Positions 40,225 to 49,934 of a stretch of 64,000 bases of DNA are shown in pieces; within the stretch, counting starts at the first letter, position 1; the number at the start of each line of letters is the position of its first letter. The notes under the pieces are model-generated. The model did no database searches. It was not told the DNA's origin and was given only the letters and a program-made list of their open reading frames with translations. The stretch is from Promethearchaeota archaeon. GTDB taxonomy: Archaea; Asgardarchaeota; Lokiarchaeia; Sigyniarchaeales; SOKP01. Both the position numbers and the translations under genes were made by a program. The stretch lies in the NCBI GenBank assembly GCA_019058445.1, contig JAHPZA010000006.1:1068843-1132842 (forward strand), written 5' to 3'.

Positions 40225-42741
40225 TTAAAGTTTATTAAGGTAAAAAATGCTTCTTGGTTTAAACTTATATAAAATTTTGTACCCCAGTCTGCTAAACATA
40301 CTCGTTTCAGATTTTAATTGCATCATAGCAGTACTATATTCAAAATTTATTAATTCCATTGACTTATACTCAATTTCTTTTTCTTTTCCAAATATATTTT
40401 TAACAATAATATAATTGTCGGAATCATGTTTTTCATTAGCTGAATTTTGTTTTAATTTATTACTATTAACTTTCACCTGTAGAATTCTTCCGATTTCTAA
40501 ATTATTTACAGGTTTTTTTAGATAAATATATGAATAAGTCTGATTGCTTATCATCCAGTTAATTAAATTAATTTCAGAATCCCTATAATCTAAATTATTG
40601 CTAATCGAGAGATAAATTGTTTTTGGTCGTATTATTAAATCTTTCAGAGGAAATTTCAAGTTATTTTCATCAGTAAAATCGACTAGTTCCAATTCATAAT
40701 CATCCAAAATTTCAGCCGGAATTACCCTCTTGCATTTAAAAACCTTTAATTTACCTTTCATTTTAAGGAAAACATCTTTATCCTCAAAATTTTTTATAAT
40801 ATCGTCTGAATTGGGCAATTTCGTTTTCTTAATAGACTTTAGAATTTTTTTACCTTCAGCAAGAAAGATATAGTTTCCCTCTTTCTTATCTTCATTTAAG
40901 CTGATGTCATTTAAGATAAAAGGTTTGTTTTTAAAATAAAAAACTCCATCGAATTTTACCATAGATTTACTATACAAAGAAGCATTGAGATATTCCTTTT
41001 GATTAGTTTTTAAATTGGTAATAATATATTGATCAGCATCACATATATCATCAAGAAATTGAATATTATCTAATCTACCGATAATGAGCTCCTCTGTAAT
41101 TAAATTTTTGAATATGAAATCTTTTTTAAGTTCATATTTATATAACTCTTTTCTTTCAAGTGCTTCGAAAATTAATGATAAATTGTCAATTTCAAAGAGT
41201 TCTTTAAATTTCTCATTGGCTATAATTTTAAAGACCTTACGTGCCTGTTCAAATTTCATTGCATATTTAATTTGCTTCGATCTTTTTAAACAAATAAATG
41301 GAAGTAGTGATTCTTTACCAGGTTTTAATTCTTCACTTAAAATTGCTGCGATTCTAAAATATGAGGGGGGATGAGAATTCATAAAATTAGCTAAAAGTGA
41401 TCCTCTGGAAGGTTTAATCATTGAACGATATAAATATTCAGCTGTTTTAATAAAATCTAACATTTTATTATCTAATTCTATTTTTTCGTCGCATAATAGC
41501 ATCGTGTTTAATCCAAATTCGCGACCTGTTGCATAAAAGCTTTCTAAATTATAAAGTGCTTTAGCTAACTCTTTAGCATATCCAGAATTCTTTGTATGCA
41601 TATCAGCTTTTCCTTCCAGAATTCTTACGAATATATAAATGAACATATAAATCACTAAATTAAGAATAATGAAGTAAATCATTGGAATCTTCGGATCACC
41701 AAATGTGTAATCATAGTAAGTTGCGGGTAAATCTAAAATCATTCGTATAAACAAATCAAGGCTTGCTATAATAGTAAGAATCAGAGTATGATTGCCTTTT
41801 GTGTGGGCTAATTCATGAGCAACTATTCCTTTCAACTCATCTTCAGGTATTTGATCTTTAGATTCTGCAATTACAGCAATTCTTTTATCAAAAAAGGATC
41901 CATAGGCCATGGCATTTAAAATCGGATATGTTCCAAAACCTACCCTCACTTTTCCTTTAATACCAATATCTCTCTTAACAGTTTCAACTAAATTTAATAA
42001 CTCCTCATCTTCGACTTTTTTAATACCTAACAATTTGTCAAGAATTGGGCCAGAAACGAAGTATACTATCCAATTAACTATAATTAATACCGGATATATT
42101 AATTGGACTTCAAATGGACCAAAGGGAGTATGGATACTAAAGTCGATTGGAGTATATTGGGTAATAAAAATAACTGCCAGCCACGCAATTATATATAAAA
42201 ATAATACCAGATAAGCCGGGCTCATAAACCTCCAAACTACAATATACTTTCTTCCAAATAATATAAATCCAAGTATCAAAATAATCCAAAAAGAAAAAGC
42301 AAAAGCAGTATTAAGATAAAAGGGATTATTTAAATATGCAGAAAATAAGCCAGCTATGAATATTACATTATACGTTACCAAAGAGATTACAAGAATTTTA
42401 TTAAGTATTGGATAATCTTTCAATTCGAATATTCCGAACCATAAATAGATGCTAAAAGCACCCATCAATGATGTAAGTAAATCTTTTGTAAAGAAAAAGA
42501 TTAAAAAGAAGAAAAATGCAATTGCTACAAGATCGCTCATTTCGCTACGGCGTCCAATCTTAGCCCAATGTATAAATTCTTGAATCGATATTAAATAAAG
42601 AAAGGCAGCAACATAAAAACTCCAATCAATTAAAATTTCAGACCAGGTCGGCTGAAATATTACAAATCCAAGCAAATAGAAGGTAATTATTGAGCTAAAA
42701 ATATAAAATATTAGAAGTAAAAACCTCGCAACTTTTTTCAA
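40225..42741 (-). CDS. M48 (HtpX/Ste24) zinc metalloprotease with large N-terminal TM region and C-terminal extension
   Basis: NA.A.G, AHELAH, E..AD, SHPP..FR. Confidence 0.85.
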   Translation of the reverse strand: MKKVARFLLLIFYIFSSIITFYLLGFVIFQPTWSEILIDWSFYVAAFLYLISIQEFIHWAKIGRRSEMSDLVAIAFFFFLIFFFTKDLLTSLMGAFSIYLWFGIFELKDYPILNKILVISLVTYNVIFIAGLFSAYLNNPFYLNTAFAFSFWIILILGFILFGRKYIVVWRFMSPAYLVLFLYIIAWLAVIFITQYTPIDFSIHTPFGPFEVQLIYPVLIIVNWIVYFVSGPILDKLLGIKKVEDEELLNLVETVKRDIGIKGKVRVGFGTYPILNAMAYGSFFDKRIAVIAESKDQIPEDELKGIVAHELAHTKGNHTLILTIIASLDLFIRMILDLPATYYDYTFGDPKIPMIYFIILNLVIYMFIYIFVRILEGKADMHTKNSGYAKELAKALYNLESFYATGREFGLNTMLLCDEKIELDNKMLDFIKTAEYLYRSMIKPSRGSLLANFMNSHPPSYFRIAAILSEELKPGKESLLPFICLKRSKQIKYAMKFEQARKVFKIIANEKFKELFEIDNLSLIFEALERKELYKYELKKDFIFKNLITEELIIGRLDNIQFLDDICDADQYIITNLKTNQKEYLNASLYSKSMVKFDGVFYFKNKPFILNDISLNEDKKEGNYIFLAEGKKILKSIKKTKLPNSDDIIKNFEDKDVFLKMKGKLKVFKCKRVIPAEILDDYELELVDFTDENNLKFPLKDLIIRPKTIYLSISNNLDYRDSEINLINWMISNQTYSYIYLKKPVNNLEIGRILQVKVNSNKLKQNSANEKHDSDNYIIVKNIFGKEKEIEYKSMELINFEYSTAMMQLKSETSMFSRLGYKILYKFKPRSIFYLNKL

Positions 42742-42905
42742 TGGAAATACCTTTTGAATTAAATTTATTGTTATATCTTTTAAAATATGAATTTAAACCT
42801 ATAATAATACAAAAAAACGTTCATAAAAACGCAAAATATTATGTTTAAGAAATGATAAGTACCTTATAAAATATCAACTTGTATGGTTTTAAAATTAATT
42901 TTTTA

Positions 42906-44276
42906 CTAAACTACCTCTTTAAGGTCTTTCATTTTATCAATTTGAGTCCAGAAATATTTAATTGTTATATAATACCAGAATAGTAGCATCGGAAAATAGA
43001 GTATAAAAGAGAAGGCAATATTTACAGGAACTTTAACAAAAATCAAATTAATATCTGGGTATTTTAAAGGCATTATTAACAAATCAATTATTATTATGAA
43101 CACAATGCTAGCGAGTAATAAGAGGATCATTAAAGCAATAATACCCCTAATTCGAGGAAATTTATTTAATAGAAAAACAGTAGGTATGATGAGAATGCCA
43201 ATAATTATAAGAGGAATAAATATATCTAGTAGCCCCTGTGTCCATTGCATTAATAAAACAGCTATGATTGAGAAAAATCCACATATAATTGAAATTATGA
43301 AAAAATTCTTAACTAACTCTGGCTCTCTTAATGGTCCTTTCGCCAGAAGTAACCTAGGTAGGGTTAGTGCTGCGCCTCTTTGATCAGAAGCTTTAATCAA
43401 ATCGTTTTCTAATAAAAAAATATCTGATTTAGTTTCACTAATTTCAGAGCTTTCAATAAATCCTTTAACAGAACTAATAACATAAAAGCTATTAAAAATA
43501 TGAATTAAAAGAACACAGAATACTGCGACCTCTATAGAACCAAATAATGCAATACATGCAAACATTGCGCCAATACTCAATGTTCCAACATCTCCAGGAA
43601 ATACTCTCGCTGGATATCTATTAAATAAAAAAAAAGGAAGTATAACCGCAAGAGCAATAATTGAAAAGATTAATGCCTCTGCTGAATTCCAGATAATAGA
43701 ACAGATTAAAATGAAAGCAATTGCTATTAAGCACGTACCGCTACCTTCACCATTGTATCCCTCCAACATATTTACCGTATTAGCAAATACCGCTACTATT
43801 ACAGGAATTAATAATGGATATATAATAGTCAACCTTGTTTTCCCAAGGAATGGAATGGTAGGAGACGTTATATGAATAAAACCCAAATAATGTGCGAAAA
43901 ATATAATGCTACCCGTAAATATGGTCAATACAATCTTATATCGTGATCTTAGCTTTATTCTATCATCTATAAAACCTATCATTCCTGCCAAAATAACTGT
44001 GAGACTAAAAATTAGTATCTCGTTAAAGAATAGCGGAAAAAAGATTATTAAAAAAATAGATGAGATAGATACTCCTAAAACCATACTAATCCCTCCTGAT
44101 TCTGCCACTTCAGGATTCTCATTTTTATGAATATCATATCCTACATAACCTTTCTTTTTCATTAGTTTGATAATATAAGGAAGAACTATGAATGTGACCA
44201 TAAATCCAATGATAAAAACTAAAATTAGATAAAAAACTTCTATAATCCCCCAGTGCAACTCGGAGATATGAATCAT
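42906..44276 (-). CDS. UDP-GlcNAc:dolichyl-phosphate GlcNAc-1-P transferase (AglH/Alg7 family)
   Basis: GYDIHK, ESGG, GFIDD, NTVNMLEGYNG, FPGDVG. Confidence 0.88.
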   Translation of the reverse strand: MIHISELHWGIIEVFYLILVFIIGFMVTFIVLPYIIKLMKKKGYVGYDIHKNENPEVAESGGISMVLGVSISSIFLIIFFPLFFNEILIFSLTVILAGMIGFIDDRIKLRSRYKIVLTIFTGSIIFFAHYLGFIHITSPTIPFLGKTRLTIIYPLLIPVIVAVFANTVNMLEGYNGEGSGTCLIAIAFILICSIIWNSAEALIFSIIALAVILPFFLFNRYPARVFPGDVGTLSIGAMFACIALFGSIEVAVFCVLLIHIFNSFYVISSVKGFIESSEISETKSDIFLLENDLIKASDQRGAALTLPRLLLAKGPLREPELVKNFFIISIICGFFSIIAVLLMQWTQGLLDIFIPLIIIGILIIPTVFLLNKFPRIRGIIALMILLLLASIVFIIIIDLLIMPLKYPDINLIFVKVPVNIAFSFILYFPMLLFWYYITIKYFWTQIDKMKDLKEVV

Positions 44277-44398
44277 TTTGTGTACTCCTTTTTGTTTCTT
44301 AAAAATTCTTTAACCAGTGAAATTTAAGGTTTAAAATATTTGCTTAATAAAAATCTTTTATCTTTTAATTACTAATTTAATACGAGTAAAGATTTATG

Positions 44399-44414
44399 AA
44401 AAAAGAGAGAAAAA
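44399..44414 (-). terminator. oligo-T terminator downstream of tRNA-Gln
   Basis: minus strand reads TTTTTCTCTCTTTTTT right after the discriminator base. Confidence 0.6.
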
Positions 44415-44441
44415 TAGCCCGGCACGGATTCGAACCGTGGT

Positions 44442-44471
44442 TTCCCGCTTCTTGGTTCGAAACCAAGAAGT
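44442..44471 (-). other. BHB tRNA intron 2 (variable loop, about position 45/46), 30 nt
   Basis: CCCG UG|A CUUCUUGGUU-UCG-AACCAAGAAG CGGG AA|A. Confidence 0.9.
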
Positions 44472-44490
44472 CACGGGGTTCAAGGCCCCA

Positions 44491-44520
44491 TTCGCAGTAG
44501 AAAGATTTAACCCATCTACT
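44491..44520 (-). other. relaxed BHB tRNA intron 1 (about position 26/27), 30 nt
   Basis: AGCA UC|A GUAGA...UCUAC UGCG AA|U; central helix closed by A.G. Confidence 0.82.
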
Positions 44521-44574
44521 GATGCTTGGCCACTACACCACCGGGCTGAATATTGTTCAAATGTTTATAAAATT

Positions 44575-45198
44575 TCAAATGTTAAAAGGTTTTAAATCTT
44601 GTTTTAAAAATTCATCATCTAATAAATTTTTATTGGTTAGTAAAAATTCGATATCTTTTTTCTCATCTCTGTACTCATCTGGTAACATCTGAGGGATAGT
44701 ATCTATTATTGGGAACCATCGATTGCATTTTTCGCATAATAATAGTCCCGAATCAATCTCAGTTTCTATTTTGAGCTTATTTATGAAATACAGTTCAGGC
44801 AAAATCTCATCGATTTTTTTCTTTTTAATGTTTTTAGAAAATTCTATTATTTTTTGCTTAATATCCGTTTTTACTAGTTCAAAACTTTTTTTACTTATAT
44901 TATAAGGAGATTTATCTGTGATATTGATTAACTCAGTTATACTTGAAATTATGAGGTCAATATACACTTCAATGGGATTTGTTTCAATAATTACATTGTC
45001 TTTTATGTAGCTATTTTCATTATCAGTTCGAATTTTAATAACCTCTTCCTTTTTAATCTGATCGAGATCTCGCTTATTATAAATATTGAAAAAAGATTCA
45101 AACTCATCCGAACCAGTTTCAAAAGAGAATATATATAATTTTAAGGGAAAATGTTTATCTATCGGACACGCGAGTATATCAAATAACCAAGGTTTCAT
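44575..45198 (-). CDS. trm112: Trm112 family methyltransferase activator with long internal insertion
   Basis: MKPWLFDILACP...GLLLCEKCNRWFPI...IPQMLPD; ATG at 45198. Confidence 0.85.
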   Translation of the reverse strand: MKPWLFDILACPIDKHFPLKLYIFSFETGSDEFESFFNIYNKRDLDQIKKEEVIKIRTDNENSYIKDNVIIETNPIEVYIDLIISSITELINITDKSPYNISKKSFELVKTDIKQKIIEFSKNIKKKKIDEILPELYFINKLKIETEIDSGLLLCEKCNRWFPIIDTIPQMLPDEYRDEKKDIEFLLTNKNLLDDEFLKQDLKPFNI

Positions 45199-45258
45199 AA
45201 TTCTCTCCAAAGTAAAGAAGAAAAATGCATAAAAATCTATATTCTTATGAAAATTCAA

Positions 45259-47121
45259 CTATAAAAGATATGATCTCAACTGATTTATATTTTTATCAAT
45301 GCTTCTATCAACTCGCTTTCGTCTTACGAGGAAATTTTCAGATAATTTTTCATATGCCTTTTTCGAGGGAAGTCTTCCTCTTCTATAGCGAGCATCTAAA
45401 AGATTTAAACTATCTTTAATACTTTCGCGTTCTGCTTCAAGAACTTCTATTTTACTAATCAAATTTTCAAACGTGGCATTTACTTCTCTTACAATTTTTT
45501 TAAAAGGAATAATTTCCTTTTCTATTTCTTCAATTTTTTTGGTATTTTTATCTAAAATATTTCTATATTTCTTTTTTATGATCTTCTTTCTCTTAACATC
45601 TTCCTCTGCTTGTCTCACTTCTAATAAGAGTGCATTTTTTTCGTCATATAATGAGCAAAATTCACGTATTTCATTACTAGGGAGTAAATCTTTTCTAAAG
45701 GCTGCAAATGCTTCAGATTCTTTTCTGGTTTTAACAAAAAACACATATCCCGATGAGATGAGTGCGATGAGTATAAAAAAGGTGATTGGTCTTAAACTCA
45801 TGTCTAAATAATTAAGTGTGTAGGTAAACAGTATTTCCATCTCTTGAAACGGAACGATATAGTCAGATTCATAGACTAAGATTAATGCGTTTTGAGAATG
45901 TTCAATAGCAACCGGAGCTTCAGATACATAATCTAGACTGAAACACCCCTCAATAACAACCTTTATGGTTTGATCTCTTCCCAGGTATTTATAGATGGAA
46001 GTGAGTAAATCCATGTTTATTGACACTTGAAACCAATTTAATGAATAATATTTTTCAAAAGGTAAAAAATATTGAATAGTGAACCTGAATTTTGAATCAG
46101 GAGTTATATCAACCCGATTTTCTGTTAAATCAATAATTAAATCTTTATATGTTAAATTATAATAATTTTCCTCAGGATCAACTGTTACTCCTAATATTTC
46201 TCCTAAGTCATCATAGACTTTAATTTCTTTCGCGGGGCCAGGAATTTCAAATTCTAATTCATTAAAATCTATTGCGCCTTTGTTCCTTATCTCATAATCT
46301 TCAGTTACTTTGATAATACCCCAAGGAGAGATGTAAATTTCTCTTACTATTTCATCAAACTCTAATCTTGTTACCTCATCATCAGTTAATAGAATCTCAA
46401 TTTGCTCACCACCATCCAAATTTTCTAAAAATGGATCAAGATGGTCTTTAGTAGGAGAGAAATCTCCCAATCTGAAAGTAATTGTGTCTTCTAAGGAGTC
46501 TTCATCTCCCCATGTTGGTTTAGAGGTTACTAAAGCAGTATCAGGTATTTCATATGTAGCTTTTATACTCCCTTCGGCTCTATAAGGCAATATAGGGTAC
46601 ACATACCCAGTGAAGTTAATTTGTTGAGTTGAAGCACCTACTTCGCTATAATGGAGCATATTTTTATATGAATGCGAGATTTTTATATCTAATGTTTCTT
46701 GAGGTCTTAGTGGGGTGTCGAAATAGATAGCAATCATTTCAAAATTTTTCATAACCACCTCATCCTGTTCAACTGATAAAGTATTTCCGCTTTCGCCTGT
46801 AGCTTCAAAATAGACAAGATCATCAGATTGGGTTATAGGCACTCCTATAAAAATAGCAGTAATCGGGTTATCATTCATATTATGGATTTTAATCTCGTCT
46901 TCAATATTAACTAACCCAAAACCATTTAGTTCAGCCTCTCGTTCAATTTTCGTAATTAAAATATTATCGGCCCCCTCTAAACTTGCTGCGACTTTCGGCT
47001 GTTTTTTAGTTTTTTGATCATAATCGCAATTAATGTTAGAGGAGGTCGGAATTAATGAAATAACGATAATCATTAAAAGTAGCCCAGTGAAAATTAAAAA
47101 CGCTTTTTTTTTTCTACACAT
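45259..47121 (-). CDS. ribophorin I (OST1/RPN1) homolog
   Basis: signal/TM N-terminus; REIYISPWGII.V.E.YEI.N.GA, IKVYDDLG; single TM followed by cytosolic coiled coil. Confidence 0.8.
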   Translation of the reverse strand: MCRKKKAFLIFTGLLLMIIVISLIPTSSNINCDYDQKTKKQPKVAASLEGADNILITKIEREAELNGFGLVNIEDEIKIHNMNDNPITAIFIGVPITQSDDLVYFEATGESGNTLSVEQDEVVMKNFEMIAIYFDTPLRPQETLDIKISHSYKNMLHYSEVGASTQQINFTGYVYPILPYRAEGSIKATYEIPDTALVTSKPTWGDEDSLEDTITFRLGDFSPTKDHLDPFLENLDGGEQIEILLTDDEVTRLEFDEIVREIYISPWGIIKVTEDYEIRNKGAIDFNELEFEIPGPAKEIKVYDDLGEILGVTVDPEENYYNLTYKDLIIDLTENRVDITPDSKFRFTIQYFLPFEKYYSLNWFQVSINMDLLTSIYKYLGRDQTIKVVIEGCFSLDYVSEAPVAIEHSQNALILVYESDYIVPFQEMEILFTYTLNYLDMSLRPITFFILIALISSGYVFFVKTRKESEAFAAFRKDLLPSNEIREFCSLYDEKNALLLEVRQAEEDVKRKKIIKKKYRNILDKNTKKIEEIEKEIIPFKKIVREVNATFENLISKIEVLEAERESIKDSLNLLDARYRRGRLPSKKAYEKLSENFLVRRKRVDRSIDKNINQLRSYLL

Positions 47122-47278
47122 ACAATATCTTAACTTTCTTCAATTAACATAAAATAATTAAAACAATTAATAAAAATTTATTATATTTTTATTCATACTT
47201 ATTGAGAAAGTTTTAAAATTTTAGTGGTTTATATTATATATATATATATTTTGAATACTAACTTATAACATTATTAAC

Positions 47279-47503
47279 ATGTCAGGTCGTCAAAGACAAT
47301 CTCGGCGTAAGAAAAGGAGGAGTGGAAGTTCCCCAATGCCGATGGGCGGAGCGGGTTTAATGAGATTCTTTGAAGATAGTTCAATTGGTATTAAAATAGG
47401 TCCTATAAGTACAATTCTTATGTCCGCCTTATTAATTGGTGTCGTAATTCTAGCCCATTTAGGAATCCTTGAATGGCTCTTCACTCCAGGTTCTACAGGT
47501 TAA
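47279..47503 (+). CDS. protein translocase subunit Sec61-beta
   Basis: GAGLMRFFED..GIKIGP followed by a TM helix. Confidence 0.92.
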   Translation: MSGRQRQSRRKKRRSGSSPMPMGGAGLMRFFEDSSIGIKIGPISTILMSALLIGVVILAHLGILEWLFTPGSTG

Positions 47504-47539
47504 ATCTTATCTATTGAAAAATCGAAGTGAAATTTCTTC

Positions 47540-47833
47540 ATGAAGATTTCTGATTTTCAGAATTTAATAAAAGAACTTTATTTTCATCAAGACTCTGAAA
47601 GGGGAATTAAAGACACATTCATATGGTTAGTAGAGGAGATTGGAGAACTTGCTACCTTATTAAAAGAGAAAAGGCTTGATAAAGAAAAAATATCACAAGA
47701 ACTTGCAGACATTATCGCTTGGACAATTTCTATCGCGAATTTATTAGAAATTGATATTGAAAATGCATTAAAAGGAAAATATCCAAATAAATGCACAAAA
47801 TGTAATAAAAATCCATGTGAGTGTAATAAATAA
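47540..47833 (+). CDS. MazG-like nucleotide pyrophosphohydrolase
   Basis: WLVEEIGEL, ELADIIAW..S.AN. Confidence 0.88.
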   Translation: MKISDFQNLIKELYFHQDSERGIKDTFIWLVEEIGELATLLKEKRLDKEKISQELADIIAWTISIANLLEIDIENALKGKYPNKCTKCNKNPCECNK

Positions 47834-48010
47834 TAACCCTCTAAAGGACTTCTTCTAAATATTCTTTGTAATTTAAAAATATTGTATTAGTTTTAATGTT
47901 AACTTTAAAAAAAAGGAATAAACGCAAATCATCGGTTTTAAAATAAAAATTTAATATTTTAGAACTTATAATTAAATAAATATATATCAAAGTTCTTTAC
48001 ACATTTAGTT

Positions 48011-48766
48011 TTGGATATGAACAATATGGACAACATTATGATTAATCCTGATGCGAAAATTGATGATAGTGTTTTTATAGACGATTTTGTGGTAATCGGT
48101 AAGGGAGTCACAATTAAGAGTGATGTATATCTTTCCAAAGGAGTTAAAATTTATGGCAGAGCATTAATAAAATCTGGAACTTATGTTGGAGAGAACTGCA
48201 TTATTGGGCACCCTCAAAGAATTCATTTGAAGGAAATTATAGGAGCTAAAAAAAAAAAATCAGACTTTGAAAGTCCGCAAGTTGAGATTGGGAAAAATTG
48301 TACTATCCGTGCGGGAACCATTATTTATTCTGAAGTTTCAATTGAAACTAATTGTCAAACTGGTCATAATGTATTAATTCGAGAAAAAACCGCAATCGCT
48401 GAGAATACTTTAATAGGTACAAATAGTATTATTGATGGTAATGTATCTATTGGGAGAAACGTAAGTATTCAAACTGGAGTATATATCCCTCCTTTTTCTG
48501 TTATTGGGAATAATGTTTTTATGGGACCATATAGCAAATTAACGAATGATAAGTATATGATGCGTAAAACGTATGATTTAATTGGTCCTACTATTGAAGA
48601 TAATGTGTCTTTAGGAGCCAACTCGATTATCTTTCCAGCTATTAAAATACGATTCGGCACCATTGTAGGAGCAGGAGCAGTTGTTACCAAAGACACTAAT
48701 GAGAAAGAAATTATAATAGGAAATCCGGGGAAAATGTTAAAAAAAGTTCCGGATGACTGGAAATAA
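48011..48766 (+). CDS. left-handed beta-helix N-acetyltransferase (WbpD-like)
   Basis: hexapeptide repeats, TND.Y, GAGAVVTKD, GNP. Confidence 0.88.
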   Translation: MDMNNMDNIMINPDAKIDDSVFIDDFVVIGKGVTIKSDVYLSKGVKIYGRALIKSGTYVGENCIIGHPQRIHLKEIIGAKKKKSDFESPQVEIGKNCTIRAGTIIYSEVSIETNCQTGHNVLIREKTAIAENTLIGTNSIIDGNVSIGRNVSIQTGVYIPPFSVIGNNVFMGPYSKLTNDKYMMRKTYDLIGPTIEDNVSLGANSIIFPAIKIRFGTIVGAGAVVTKDTNEKEIIIGNPGKMLKKVPDDWK

Positions 48767-48812
48767 TAAAATGTTAAGTATAATTCATTTTTATATGATA
48801 TAGGGAATTTTT

Positions 48813-49916
48813 ATGGATCTTTCAGATAAGAAAATATGGTTTGATGTAGAAGAACCGAAGACAGCTGTGATGTTTCAATCCTTATTTGAAATGTTTCAGG
48901 ATATGGGAGCAGAGTTGCTCATTACAGCAAGAGATTATGATTCAACCTTTCACATCTTAGATGACCTTAATTTTAATTATTATAAAATTGGAAAACATGG
49001 TGGTGAGAGATTAGATGAAAAATTACAAACATACATCCAACGCCTTAGTAAACTCCTCCCACATGTGAAAAACTTTTCTCCTCATTATTTTATTACATTT
49101 TCTTCAGTTGAGGGGACTAGAATTGCATATGGATTGAAAATTCCATCAATTGGTTTCAATGATGAGCCTCGAAATGAGCCAGTATGCAAATTAATTTTGC
49201 CTTTTCTTGACAATATTATTACTCCTCAATGTGTCCCATTAGAATGGTATATTAGTTTAGGAGCAGATCCTAAAAGACTTATAAGATATAATGGAATTGA
49301 TGAAATTGCGTGGCTTTCCAATTATACTCCTAATCCTCAAGTGCTCGATAAATTTGATTTAGAAAAGGGAAAATATATAATAATCAGAAGTGAGCCAAGT
49401 TTTGCATCATATCTTATTGATAAGCTAAAACCAGAAGAAACAATGATAAATCGTATTTTCCCCTCTATTTTTAGTGAATTTCCAAACCATAAATATTTTT
49501 TACTTGTAAGGACTGAAAAACAGGAGGAGTTCCTCAAAAAAAAGATGGCAAGATTCTCCAAATACAGGAATATTATAATTACACGATATTTACCTAACTT
49601 AGTGGATCTTTGTTTTTATAGTGCCCTAGTTATAAGTGGAGGAGGGACAATTGTTCGGGAATCAAGTCTTCTCAACAAGCCTAGTATTGAATTTTTTCCG
49701 GGAGATACCGCCCCACAAGAAAATTTTTTAGTTGATAATGGTTTTCCTTTAGAACACATTAAAGATCCTAATATAATAATTGAGAGATCGATTCAAATCC
49801 TTCGACAAGGTCCATTACCTAACAGCTTCAACTTGTCTTTTAGGGAAAAAGTCAAAAAATTCCAAAATCCAAATAAACTCTGTTTTGAGTATGTTAAAGA
49901 AAAATTAAATTCCTAA
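48813..49916 (+). CDS. DUF354 family (GT-B-like) protein
   Basis: IWFD, ITARDY, IGKHG, SGGGT..RE. Confidence 0.85.
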   Translation: MDLSDKKIWFDVEEPKTAVMFQSLFEMFQDMGAELLITARDYDSTFHILDDLNFNYYKIGKHGGERLDEKLQTYIQRLSKLLPHVKNFSPHYFITFSSVEGTRIAYGLKIPSIGFNDEPRNEPVCKLILPFLDNIITPQCVPLEWYISLGADPKRLIRYNGIDEIAWLSNYTPNPQVLDKFDLEKGKYIIIRSEPSFASYLIDKLKPEETMINRIFPSIFSEFPNHKYFLLVRTEKQEEFLKKKMARFSKYRNIIITRYLPNLVDLCFYSALVISGGGTIVRESSLLNKPSIEFFPGDTAPQENFLVDNGFPLEHIKDPNIIIERSIQILRQGPLPNSFNLSFREKVKKFQNPNKLCFEYVKEKLNS

Positions 49917-49934
49917 AATCTCTGAGCGATATGA

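Larger units (their letters stand above)
44415..44547 (-). tRNA. tRNA-Gln(UUG) with two 30-nt introns; exons 44547-44521, 44490-44472, 44441-44415
   Basis: Spliced 73 nt: AGCCCGG TG GTGT AGTGGCCAA GCAT C TGGGG CCTTGAA CCCCG TGAC CACGG TTCGAAT CCGTG CCGGGCT A; complete cloverleaf; A1-U72 typical of archaeal tRNA-Gln. Confidence 0.93.
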
